DNA from: Naegleria gruberi
Taxonomy: Eukaryota
Strand: one strand, 5' to 3'
NCBI GenBank assembly: GCA_000004985.1
Contig: GG738873.1
Length of the DNA: 64,000 bases
Below, one piece after another: positions 47,868 to 58,087 of this stretch (its first letter is position 1; the number at the start of each line of letters is the position of its first letter). Below the pieces are notes generated by a model. It made no database searches. It had not been told where the DNA came from and worked only from the letters and a program-made list of their open reading frames with translations. Made by a program: the position numbers and the translations under genes.

Positions 47868-49012
47868 GTTGCCACATTTGAGAATCTAAGAACTTCATTT
47901 CCGTAACCTCCCTTAAACAATGTCAAAGAATCGATATATGCAGCTTCTTGAATATCTCTAATAATGAAAGCATTATTTGGTTGGTAATCCAAATCAAAAT
48001 TAACATAATTTCCACCCAAATTAATGTTCATAATAGTTTGACCATCTTGATAATACAAAGTGGCATTGGTTCCATCAGCATTACACAAATAGGTACCTTG
48101 GTACTTGGCTTGATCTTGAGCTGGAGGTAAAACAAATGCTGGCATGACAGAAACATATTGACTCATAAGTGTTCCAACAGCCTTAGCATAAATTTGTTCA
48201 GCAATATATGTAGCAAAGACATCTCTATTGGAAGAAATTGAAATGATTGCAAACTTGTATTCTGGAACAAAGATCATGTGAGTAGAAAATCCGAGAACGC
48301 TTCCTCTCTTAGATCTCTTCCATACGTTATACTTGCTATCGTGACTCATTTCAAAGGCAAAACCAGTTGCATTTTGAGCGTCTGGAGAAATATATTGAGG
48401 AGTGAAAAATTCACGAACAGTTTGACGAGTAAGAATACTTTCATCATTCAAGATTGAGGAGGCATAATAGGTCAAATCTTGCAATGTAGAGTAAGCATCC
48501 ATGGAACCTTCACACCAACCAGACTTTAATTCAGAATCGAATGTGATAGTGGCATTGCCAGCATAGCTAGGAGCAACATGAGTGGAAACAGTGAGGAGAT
48601 CAGAGACGAGACCAGAGTTGGACATGGAGGCACTTTTCATTACATCCTTAAGATTAGAAGAGACGGATTGACCATTAATTTTAGCAAGAGCTTGACTCAA
48701 CCAACAATAACCAAAGTCAGAATAAACTGGTACAGAGTATGGTTCATGTACAACTGAAGAATGTCCAGGAAGACCAGAAGCAGCCATTGCCTTAACAACT
48801 TCATCATTAGAAAGATTACAATCAAATAGTTTGCAAGGAGCTTGTCTTCCGAGACCACTCATGTGTGTGGACAATTGTCTCAAAGTAACAGAGGAAATTG
48901 GAAACTTGGAGAATGTACTAGTGAGAGCATCATCGAGTTTCAACTTTCCAGCATCTCTCATTCTGAACATTTGAGTAGCAACCAACAATAACGAAAATTT
49001 CGTAAAAAGCAA
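47816..49012 (-). CDS. beta-lactamase-like paralogue lacking the N-terminal ~100 aa and the catalytic Ser (LFTK in place of SVTK); pseudogene or non-catalytic paralogue
   Basis: It aligns to the neighbouring gene from the helix after SxxK through the lipocalin-like C-terminus. The frame opens only at 49030 after a TAG. There is no room for an upstream exon before the next ORF at 49037. Confidence 0.5.
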   Translation of the reverse strand: MLFTKFSLLLVATQMFRMRDAGKLKLDDALTSTFSKFPISSVTLRQLSTHMSGLGRQAPCKLFDCNLSNDEVVKAMAASGLPGHSSVVHEPYSVPVYSDFGYCWLSQALAKINGQSVSSNLKDVMKSASMSNSGLVSDLLTVSTHVAPSYAGNATITFDSELKSGWCEGSMDAYSTLQDLTYYASSILNDESILTRQTVREFFTPQYISPDAQNATGFAFEMSHDSKYNVWKRSKRGSVLGFSTHMIFVPEYKFAIISISSNRDVFATYIAEQIYAKAVGTLMSQYVSVMPAFVLPPAQDQAKYQGTYLCNADGTNATLYYQDGQTIMNINLGGNYVNFDLDYQPNNAFIIRDIQEAAYIDSLTLFKGGYGNEVLRFSNVATCTSGCQVLIGSLLTLR

Positions 49013-49036
49013 CCATGGAATTAAAATGCGATTTTT

Positions 49037-51271
49037 CTATTTTTTTTTATTTGCCAAAATTTCTTTCAATTTTTTGAATACTGATTCTCTCTCCTTTCCT
49101 TCATCTGTAAACGAAAAACCATACAACAACACATTTGAAGGTGGAATACGTGTATTTCTATTTTGAACTCCAAAATCCTCAAATTCTTTTGACTCATCAT
49201 TCCATTGGAGCACAGAGAGATGAATTCTCTCATCATAATACAATAAATATTTTCCAACCTCATAATAATCTTGGCTCATTTGAGTTTTAAATGCAACCAG
49301 TGTTTCCAATTGTAAATGTTTTAGAAATTGTTTTTTCTTATCAGGAACAAAGTAATCATGAGATGAAATTTGAATTCTACTTCTTCTAGTGGTTTCTTCA
49401 TTAATGGTGACAGAGTTATTCGAAATTGAATTTTCTGTCAACCAAAAATCCAAATTGGTTTCATTGGAAAATAAAGACTTTGTTTTTTCTATAAAATAAT
49501 CTTCATACCATTTCCAAGTTGCATCTGCAAGCATTGATTTGATTTTGTTTAATCCTTTTAATAAATCTAATTCGAAAGCTGGTGGTGTGATAATGTCAGG
49601 AACATTGTTAGGTACAACATTATTTCTAAATATTTCAATAACTCCATCCTTTCCATTCAATCCTACCCATTTAGAATTATCATAATTAAATTCACGAACT
49701 TGCAAAACAGGTTTGTCATTTTCCATTTTAATTTTAAATCCATGAAAATCAGAAATTCCTTTAAATGTATTGACATTATCTTTAAATAAGGATTTAAAAT
49801 CAAACATTCTTTCTAAAAATGATATTTCAGGAACATTTTTAGAATAAATTTCTTTCTTTTTTTCAATAAATTCAAGAGGACTATGACATGAATTATTTTG
49901 AAAATAAATTGAATGAATTGAAAAAAATTGATCTATATCAGTATGAGTATGTCCAACAATCATGGTGCCAATAATTACTTTTTTTACCCACCCCAAACTA
50001 ACTAATAAACCTGCGAATGCTACAGCGTACTTGTTTTTGAGTTCTTTTGAGCAATTGTCTGCTTGTAAATACAGAATTGATGGTAAATTTCCTTTTTCTT
50101 TTTTTAAATTATATAAATATTCATACAGAACTGTTAGTGCCAAATTGGCTCCACCTTCACAATTAGGAAGTTTTAATTTAATCTGATATTTTCTTCCATG
50201 TGAAATTAGTCCATAATTTGATATGTTTAATTTTTTAACAGCATTACTATTTTTAGTAGCATTGGCAATTACTGGATATGGTGTTGCTTGTGCACCATCA
50301 ATTATTATAGATAAATACTTGTTTGGATTAGCTATTGCTTTTTCTATTTTTTTTTTAAAAACAAATCTTTCTCCACAACATTCATTAATATGTTTGGCTC
50401 TTGCTTTTTTTGCTTTTTCTTGCTCAACTTCATTTGTTGATCTCTTTAAATTATTTAATCTAGCACACTCATCACATTTTCCTAATCTAGTATTTTTTGG
50501 TAATTTAATATTGGGAAATAAGTTTTTTGCTTGTCTTTTAAAAGTATCCAACCTATAGTAAGCACCTTCTTGTGATGAGACATATATTTCATATATTGGT
50601 TTCCAAGTATTGAAACCAGTAATGTGCATTTCATTTGCATTAGGTAATGGTTCAGCAAAGTTTTCTGCGAATACTGAAAACCAAGATTTAAAATTTGTGA
50701 GCTTTTCACTATCTTCCTTAATTGGTGAATGTTGTTCGTCAATTTTAGATAAATCAGTCTTTTTGGATTTTTTCAATTTATATGAAGAAATACCATAAAT
50801 ATTTTTGAACATTATTTCACAAACAGGTTTTCCGTTAATTGTATAGTTGTTTGAGTGTTGTGTAATATTTCCAACAAATTTCAACTTGTCTTTTTCCTTC
50901 AATCCTGCATAGAATGTTCTTTTTTCAGTTATTTCCGAAATTGTAAAATTAGTATTGCAATGCTTAACGCAACAATTTTTCAAGATACATGAGGAAATCG
51001 CATTATCATTCAATAATTGTTTTGATTTTTTTCCTAATTTTTCCTCTGGTGATCTTAATCTTCGTTTTGTTGATTTGTATGTACGTTTTGGTTTTGTATT
51101 AATATTGGCAATCTCTGATGAATTAGTATTATTATTAATATTTTTATCACGATTTAATTTTAAATAAAGATTAATTGGTGATTCATCCTCTAATTCCGAG
51201 TTATTAAAATCTTGATAATTATTATCATCATTGTCCTGTTGAAAGTATGAAAGTAATTCACTTGCAGACAT
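49037..51271 (-). CDS. 744-aa ORF with DDE-transposase-like motifs and Cys-rich N-terminus; candidate transposase or domesticated derivative
   Basis: Motifs include SIIIDGAQATP (cf. the Harbinger/PIF first D), ~78 aa, YLQADNCSKE (cf. the DNA second-D motif), ~39 aa, then the acidic cluster GHTHTDIDQ. The N-terminus has CILKNCCVKHC...CDECARL. The ATG sits in an A-rich context and the ORF is intact. Confidence 0.45.
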   Translation of the reverse strand: MSASELLSYFQQDNDDNNYQDFNNSELEDESPINLYLKLNRDKNINNNTNSSEIANINTKPKRTYKSTKRRLRSPEEKLGKKSKQLLNDNAISSCILKNCCVKHCNTNFTISEITEKRTFYAGLKEKDKLKFVGNITQHSNNYTINGKPVCEIMFKNIYGISSYKLKKSKKTDLSKIDEQHSPIKEDSEKLTNFKSWFSVFAENFAEPLPNANEMHITGFNTWKPIYEIYVSSQEGAYYRLDTFKRQAKNLFPNIKLPKNTRLGKCDECARLNNLKRSTNEVEQEKAKKARAKHINECCGERFVFKKKIEKAIANPNKYLSIIIDGAQATPYPVIANATKNSNAVKKLNISNYGLISHGRKYQIKLKLPNCEGGANLALTVLYEYLYNLKKEKGNLPSILYLQADNCSKELKNKYAVAFAGLLVSLGWVKKVIIGTMIVGHTHTDIDQFFSIHSIYFQNNSCHSPLEFIEKKKEIYSKNVPEISFLERMFDFKSLFKDNVNTFKGISDFHGFKIKMENDKPVLQVREFNYDNSKWVGLNGKDGVIEIFRNNVVPNNVPDIITPPAFELDLLKGLNKIKSMLADATWKWYEDYFIEKTKSLFSNETNLDFWLTENSISNNSVTINEETTRRSRIQISSHDYFVPDKKKQFLKHLQLETLVAFKTQMSQDYYEVGKYLLYYDERIHLSVLQWNDESKEFEDFGVQNRNTRIPPSNVLLYGFSFTDEGKERESVFKKLKEILANKKK

Positions 51272-51510
51272 TTTTTTTGGAAATATTTTTGACTAATTAA
51301 GAAAATTAAAATACAAGAAAATCACAATAATTGATTTATTCTCTTAAAGTATATAATTTAAAACCAAAAACAATTGGACAATTATTTGGTAAATATTTTC
51401 AGCCGAAAAGCAATGCAATTTTTGTGAAAAATGATTCATCATTAAATTCCGAATACAATTTAATTTTCAAAGATGTTTATTTAATAAGGCATTAAAATTG
51501 ACTAAAAAAA

Positions 51511-53501
51511 ATGTCTTCAAGTGAATCATCACAATCAACAAGTAACGAAATACAAGAAAATGTTGTTGGTGATAATATTTCATCATCAAAATCCAACAAT
51601 AATTTACCATCGTCCACTAGTACTTCTGAATCAACAATTGATGTTCATGAATCGACACCCGATTCATCTAAAATTCCGGAGCAAACAACTAACAAGCAAA
51701 ATTCAGAAGATGAGAACTCCTTTGAAACCTATTACAAATTAGGGGACCCTGTAAATATTAAGGGAAAACCAACTGATCTCTTTAAAAGCATTACTATCAA
51801 GAATACTGGAAACCAACTAATCAGTGAATCTGTTGTACGATTTAAAAAATCCAACATTTCATCATTATTTTACATTTTAGGAATTAAAAAATTAAAAAAG
51901 TCATTTAAGGTGTGTGGAATTTTAGAAACGGATTTCAGTAAAACCACTGATCTTGATCACGAGTGGTTGGAATTGGTTGACGAGAATGATAAGAGTGTAA
52001 AAACATTTAAAACAAGAATTATTAAATTAAATGAACAACCAACCAAAAAAAATTCCAAAAGCAATTCTGTTGATACCTCCTCCAAGAATGAAGGTAGAAA
52101 ATATGAAACAAGATCATCTAAAAAGAAAAAAACAGAAGAAGAAGAACATGTACTTGAACAAGAACAACAATCTAATTCCGAATCTGAAGAAGAAGAACCA
52201 CCTCCAAGAGTAGCCAGAAAAAAATCAACTAGAAAATCAAGTAAAAAATCTGAATCAGAAGAAGAAGAAAAAGAGGTTTCTCCAAGAGTAGCCAAAAAAA
52301 AACAACAACAAGAAAATCAACAGGTAAAGTAGGAAGGCCAAAAAAGTCCGAGACTGTTTCAGTGGATGATGATGACATTTTATTTTCAGATATTTTGTCC
52401 AATAATTCTAAACCTAATTTAAATTCAAATACTATTAGTAACAGCTCAGTCAAATCAGTCACCAAACCAACCAAATTAAAAAATAATTCCAATAATTATG
52501 ATGATAATTCAAATAATAATTTAAATAATACTTTAATCAAATATGATGAAAATTTAAATACAAATCCAAATACTAATAATAGAAATATTTTCAGTAACAA
52601 CAAATTTAATAATAATAATAACAATAATTTAAATTATAATAATACTAATAATATCAAAAATTATGGTAATAATAATTATAATAATTATGATAATGTTATT
52701 GACTTAAATAACTCACATAATTCAAATAATTTTATTTTTAATTCAAATACTAATACGGAACAAAATTGTTACAACAGAAACAATTTCAATTCAATTAATA
52801 ATAATTTTAACAATAATTACAATCCCAATAATTATGAAAATGTATCAATTTACAATTCAAACAATAGAAATAATTTTTTGAATTATAATAATAATTTTGA
52901 CAATCATCATTTAAGCAATGATAATTCTAATAATTATTCAAATAATTTCAGTGCAAATAAATACAATAATATGAATAGTCATAATAATTATAATAATTGG
53001 AATACCAATGACAATATTTCAAATAATTATTTAAATAATAATAGAAATAATTTATGGAACAATTTCAATTCTAATAACAACTATCATCCAAATGCTAATA
53101 ACAATTTTACTAATTATCCAAATAATAATACTAACAATTTTAATAATTATCCAAATAATAACAATTTTAATAATTATGCAAATAATAATAATTTAAATAA
53201 TTATGCAAATAATAATTATAATAATTGTAACAACAATACAAACAATGGTCCTATTAACCTCCATAACAACACGATGATGAGTGTGTTGCATCATGTCAAT
53301 AATATGATCGACAATGAAATGGATTTCGAATTAAAAATGATGATTAACAAATTAATGGATAAATTAAACCAAACAGAGGAAAAAAACACTTTATTGAAAT
53401 TAATTGGTTCAACCAGGAATTTACATTATAGAACCCCAGGTAATTCCGAGAAAAACTCAAAATTGAAAGAATTACTATTCAAACTTCTTAATGATGAATA
53501 A
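51511..53501 (+). CDS. low-complexity nuclear-type protein: Ser/Lys/Glu-rich N-half plus Asn-rich (prion-like) C-half; two ORFs joined near 52294..52362
   Basis: ORF 52362.. starts at GTG and has no in-frame ATG, while its frame is open back to 52254. An internal repeat (PPRVARKKSTRKSSKKSE versus SPRVAKKK/TTTRKSTGKVGRPKKSE) indicates that the second frame is coding from the A9 run at 52294-52302. Confidence 0.7.
52440..53270 (+). repeat. Asn-codon (AAT/AAC) rich low-complexity coding tract (N/Y/F-rich prion-like domain)
   Basis: The tract runs from NNSNNYDDNSNNNLNN through to NYANNNYNNCNNNTNN. Confidence 0.7.
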
Positions 53502-53805
53502 TTAATTTTTTTAATAAAAAATTTCGTAAAAATGTGATTTTTTGCCTGACGATTTTTACCAAATTTTTGTTCAATTTGGTCAAATCACCAATACGAACCT
53601 TAGTGGTTGCATCACCATTTCCAGAGAACAAACTTGATATGTTTCCACCTGGAAACATAATACTACTAGCAGCAAAACCCGATGACACTGTAAAGGCAGC
53701 ATCTTGGATAGCTTGAGCATCGCTTGGAGAAAACTTTGCTTCTAAGAAGGTAGAGCAGAAAAGCAAGCAGCTTAGAAAAATTACTACAATTGTTTGTTTG
53801 AGCAT
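53488..53805 (-). CDS. small secreted protein (105 aa) with N-terminal signal peptide
   Basis: An ATG follows an A7 run. The N-terminus MLKQTIVVIFLSCLLFCSTFLEA looks like a signal peptide. The 3' end overlaps the neighbouring gene's last codons, so the true C-terminus may be spliced. Confidence 0.4.
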   Translation of the reverse strand: MLKQTIVVIFLSCLLFCSTFLEAKFSPSDAQAIQDAAFTVSSGFAASSIMFPGGNISSLFSGNGDATTKVRIGDLTKLNKNLVKIVRQKITFLRNFLLKKLIIHH

Positions 53806-54291
53806 TTTTTTGCTTTTTGTAATTCTATTGTGTCGCAGTTGTTTTTAACAGATTTCTACTGCAGTCGAAAAAGTTTTCAACAATCTAGATTGTGTTTTAT
53901 TATTGCTTAAGCATGAACACTTTTGGAAATTTCGAGAACAATACATGTCAAATGATTTTTTAGAAGGGCACCGTAATGGAAAAGGACAAGTGCTGTTTGA
54001 GAAATAAGCAAACATTCCATCATTGGAGGATAAATTGTTGAGGATTAAGCGGAAGGGAATTGAGAGAAGTAATGGGGATAAGATGCAACAATTCAATAGA
54101 ATTCAAGATCTTGGAAAGGAATTCATAAGTAGTCGATGTGTACATTTGGCCTAATGCACAAATTAACCTGTTGTTACTTTACGTCGAGGATTGTTGTTGT
54201 TTTTGACATTATCAAAGATCTTTTCACATGATGTTCAGATTATTTAGAAGAAGTATTTTAAGTTTTTATAAATATTGTGAGGAAGATGTAT

Positions 54292-55566
54292 TTACATATT
54301 AGGATTGAATGTTGTAACTTCATCAATCATTGAATGTAGGGTTGGATATTGGAATTGGAAATTTTCTTGTATCGACCTTGTTGGAAGGACGTATTGACCT
54401 TCACATAATAATTGAGATCTTTCATTGCCGAATAATTTAGATACTAGTGAGTAAGGGAATGGAATCATTGGGAAGGGTATTATATTTGTCTTGAGATTCA
54501 ATCTAGCTGAAAATTGTTGGAATGTGATCATGTCTGGCATGACAGTATTGTAAATGATTACTTTTTCACTCGATTTTTGTGAGTAATAATTATTAAAATT
54601 AGTATATAAAGCGTGAATGTACATGTTAGCAGCATCAACAAGATGTATACAACTGAATGGTTGTAAACCATTTCCAAAAACTATTGGAACAGCAATTCCA
54701 AGGTAAGGTATTGTCATTTCTTTGAGAACACCACCTCCTTTTCCTACTATGGCTCCTGGTCTCATTATTATTCTTTGTTTGATATTGTCTGCTTGTGTAT
54801 TGCAGATGGCATTTTCAACTGCACCTGTCACTTCACCAAGAGGGTTATTAGCTGGTGATGGGCAATTATATTCAGTATAAATTGGTGTTTCAGCATTTGG
54901 ATCTGAAGTGCAAGGATAGAATCCAACAGCTGATGTGCCAATAAATGTACTGGCACTATCTCCGAATGAATTCAAATAATTAATCAAATCAATTGTTGTG
55001 GCAGTTCTTGAATCTAAGATTTCCTGTTTGAATTTTGGAGTCCAACTTTGTTTTCCAATTGATACACCACTCAAATTAATTGCTGCAACCTTTTTATCAT
55101 TTCCAAATGTATCCTTTTCTTCACAAACTTGATGATTAAAGAGGAATGTACTCTCATTTTCCTTCCAATTTTTAACACTTATCTGAATGGAATTCTTTCT
55201 TTCCCATTTACTTTGTGGTAACTCCTTTTCAAGTAATTTCCTTGTTTCTTCTGGATTTCTCGAAATGACAGTCACTTGAGAAATGTTCATTAACTTTTCC
55301 GAGTAGGGCACCTTATCAGTTGGAGTAATCACTTGCTTTAACAATTGTTTGCCCAAAAACCCAGAGCCACCACCAACTACCAAGTGAGAAACAGTTTCTG
55401 CAATTGGAGCAGATGCTGCATTTTGCATACTTGCTTCAGTACCCTGATTGACCATATTAAAATATGAGTAATAGTGATGATAGGTTTGTTTTTGTTGCCC
55501 TTTGGTCAATATCATCCATTTGGCTCCAAGCTTACAACCATGTACTTTCTTATTGGCAATGAACAT
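54292..55566 (-). CDS. SDR39U1/YfcH-like NAD-dependent epimerase family protein (Rossmann N-terminus, DUF1731-like C-terminus)
   Basis: VVGGGSGFLGKQL and GNGLQPFSCIHLVDAANMYIHAL are present. The true start may be the internal Met (MVNQGTEAS...), which has an AT-rich context. Confidence 0.75.
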   Translation of the reverse strand: MFIANKKVHGCKLGAKWMILTKGQQKQTYHHYYSYFNMVNQGTEASMQNAASAPIAETVSHLVVGGGSGFLGKQLLKQVITPTDKVPYSEKLMNISQVTVISRNPEETRKLLEKELPQSKWERKNSIQISVKNWKENESTFLFNHQVCEEKDTFGNDKKVAAINLSGVSIGKQSWTPKFKQEILDSRTATTIDLINYLNSFGDSASTFIGTSAVGFYPCTSDPNAETPIYTEYNCPSPANNPLGEVTGAVENAICNTQADNIKQRIIMRPGAIVGKGGGVLKEMTIPYLGIAVPIVFGNGLQPFSCIHLVDAANMYIHALYTNFNNYYSQKSSEKVIIYNTVMPDMITFQQFSARLNLKTNIIPFPMIPFPYSLVSKLFGNERSQLLCEGQYVLPTRSIQENFQFQYPTLHSMIDEVTTFNPNM

Positions 55567-56499
55567 TTTCCGAAGCCTTCAATATATTATTTATCTTGTT
55601 GTACTATATGTAGAGAATCCTATTCCTTGTATCGAGTCGAGTATTAAAACTTGTGGTCGTCCTCACAATCTTTTAATCAATTTGAGAGATTGAAGCCTAC
55701 TGTAAAAAACGAAAGGCTTATGTGTTTGTTTTTTTTGAACCTAATTGGTTGTTTGACTAACTTGTTTCGGTTTCCTCTTCTGTTGTATCATGCTGCCTAT
55801 AGGGATACAAATTGATAGGGTTGTGGCGTTATTGTATCGGAAATATTCTCCTGCTTGAAGAGATGATGAATTTGACTTGAAGGGCCGCAGCAACTTGCTG
55901 GAATTTTATGTTGTTAATTATCACGAGATGAAAAGATAGGTTGAGCCTTACACACCTCTTCAAAGAAGTAAGGAAAACCACTTAAGATTTTTTTAAAAAA
56001 GAAAAATATGAACGAGTGTTTTAATCTCTTTTGGTTTCTTAAAACTCTCATATTCGGACGCCTCTTTGTAAGTGATTGAAATTTCGTTACCATTATCATC
56101 CAAATATTTAAATACCAAATTTTCTAATTGTTTGCCACTTATTGCTACATTTAACATTCCGTGAAAGGGTGTTGGCTTTAATGTTGGTCATTTTTTTGAT
56201 TAGAAAGACCCTTACTTTCTCCCCTAATGGAATCGTCCTGTGAAAAATGGAATTAAAGTCACATGGCAAATTAATAAACAAGATTGAAAACAATAAGTTA
56301 TTATTCCAATAGGTATTAAAGCTCAGTGACTGTTTCACCTTTAGGTGAGTCAACCTCGACATGCTTTTATTGATAAATCTGTATTGATTAGTTGAGTATT
56401 TTCCAAGTACTGCTCAAAGATCGACCATTTTCCACCAGGTCAACCAGTGCAAAACCCAGACCATAACAAGATGAACTTTGAAAGAAAATTACAAAAAAA

Positions 56500-57986
56500 A
56501 TGACTAAAGACATAATAATGGAATGGGAACTAGAACGTCTCTTTGAAAAAGCAGATTCTGGAATTTTTAATTTTATTGATGATCCCCACAAGGAAATGGA
56601 GCCTTTCGTTAATCAGACGAATAGAGATGGAGTAACATTATTGTACTTGGCATGTGCAAACGGAAGGGAAGATGTTGTAAAATACTTGTTGGATGTAAAG
56701 GGATTGGATGTCAATTTTAAAGTGAGTTTTGAAATTCGAATATAATTTAATTATAATCAAAAATAGGAAGTGAGTTTTTGATTCCGTGATGATAATTAAT
56801 TTGTGAATTTTAGGGAGTATGTTTTTTTATTCATAGGATGGGGAATTAATTATGGACTAGCTTGTATGTATTAATCACCATATTCAATTATTATTAATAA
56901 TTGAATAGGCAGCAGTATGTATTTTGTGGATTATATTTGGAATTTACTATTGAACTAGAAAAGGGTATGGTTGTTTTGAGAGTTTCATTTTAGTAACCAC
57001 AATAGACTTCTGAACGTAAGCTTTATACAGTAAGTTTGGACTTAATTCAATTTGCTGAATATTTGAAAGCTTGTATGTTATTTATGAAAAATTAATAGAT
57101 TTAACATGTTTAGGAGAGTGTAAGTTTAGGATAACTCATTATATTCAACAATATTTAAAGGCTGTAAGTTTTTGAATTGGTTGGGCATTAAACAGAGAAG
57201 ACACCTCTATACGTTTCATGTGAGATTGGGAGAATTGATATTGTGAATCTGCTTCTTAGTCACCCTGGTATAGATATTGATTATGGTTACAGATTCGATA
57301 GCAGATATACTCGTGGTCATGCAATTGACAGATCACCTCTTTTTATTTCTAGTGAAAAGGGACATGTGGAAATTGTAAAACAATTACTTTGCTCTAATGC
57401 AAATCCCTTCGAAGGTGAAACTCGAGACAACTACACCCTGTCATGTTTAGGTGTTTCCATAATTAATAATCAGTGGGAACTAGCTTCAATAATTTTAGAT
57501 CACATGAAGTTAATGGATTGTCATACCGACGGATGGAATAATCTCATTTCTGACATTCTATTGACATGTGGGAAAAGAAATTTATCATTTTTGAAACAGT
57601 TATTGGAATCTAACATTTTTTGCATTGATGATAGTGTAAGTGATTAAACAAATTAATGCTCATTATCTTAGCTTCCCTTACATTATAGCATTTTAAAGGA
57701 GGACAGTATTATGGCAAGCTTACTTGTAAAGTATGGAGCTAATAGAGAGTTGGATGCTCACTCTGAGTCTCTTAATGTTTATCTTGTTTGTGCCATGAGA
57801 AATTTTGATGGATTGGAAGAATTTCAAATCCTTGATTCGATTTATGAAACACCAACAGAACTTGCTGAAAGGTTAAATGTTGACCTATTTTTTTCGATTA
57901 AGGAAGAAAGTGCTATGAAGAGAAAACTACTGACCTCATTGCCTAATCTTAGCTATTGTGATGTTATTGTGAGATTAAGAGAATAA
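56500..57986 (+). CDS. ankyrin-repeat protein (possible SOCS-box-like C-terminus); exons 56500..56721, 57198..57635, 57672..57986
   Basis: Three ORFs carrying ANK motifs (GVTLLYLACANGREDVVKYLLDVKG; KTPLYVSCEIGRIDIVNLLLSHPG; SPLFISSEKGHVEIVKQLL; LPLHYSILKEDSIMASLLVKYGAN) join in phase via a GTGAGT donor at 56722, AG acceptors at 57195/57197, and a 36-nt GTAAGT..CTTAG intron at 57636..57671. Confidence 0.7.
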
Positions 57987-58087
57987 TCTACATTAAAAAT
58001 AGATATATTTAAGAATATTATCATAAACAAACAATAAAAAAATCAGCAAGAAACACAACACCATGTCTTTTACACACGCGTTTCCAA

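Noticed and set aside
56722-57197. Treating the reiterated AG-NNN-GTAAGT units as confirmed micro-exons in the feature table
   Set aside because: Several candidate units would leave introns shorter than 25 nt, or introduce stops in some phases. I kept the region as a single intron in the model and reported the pattern as a finding.
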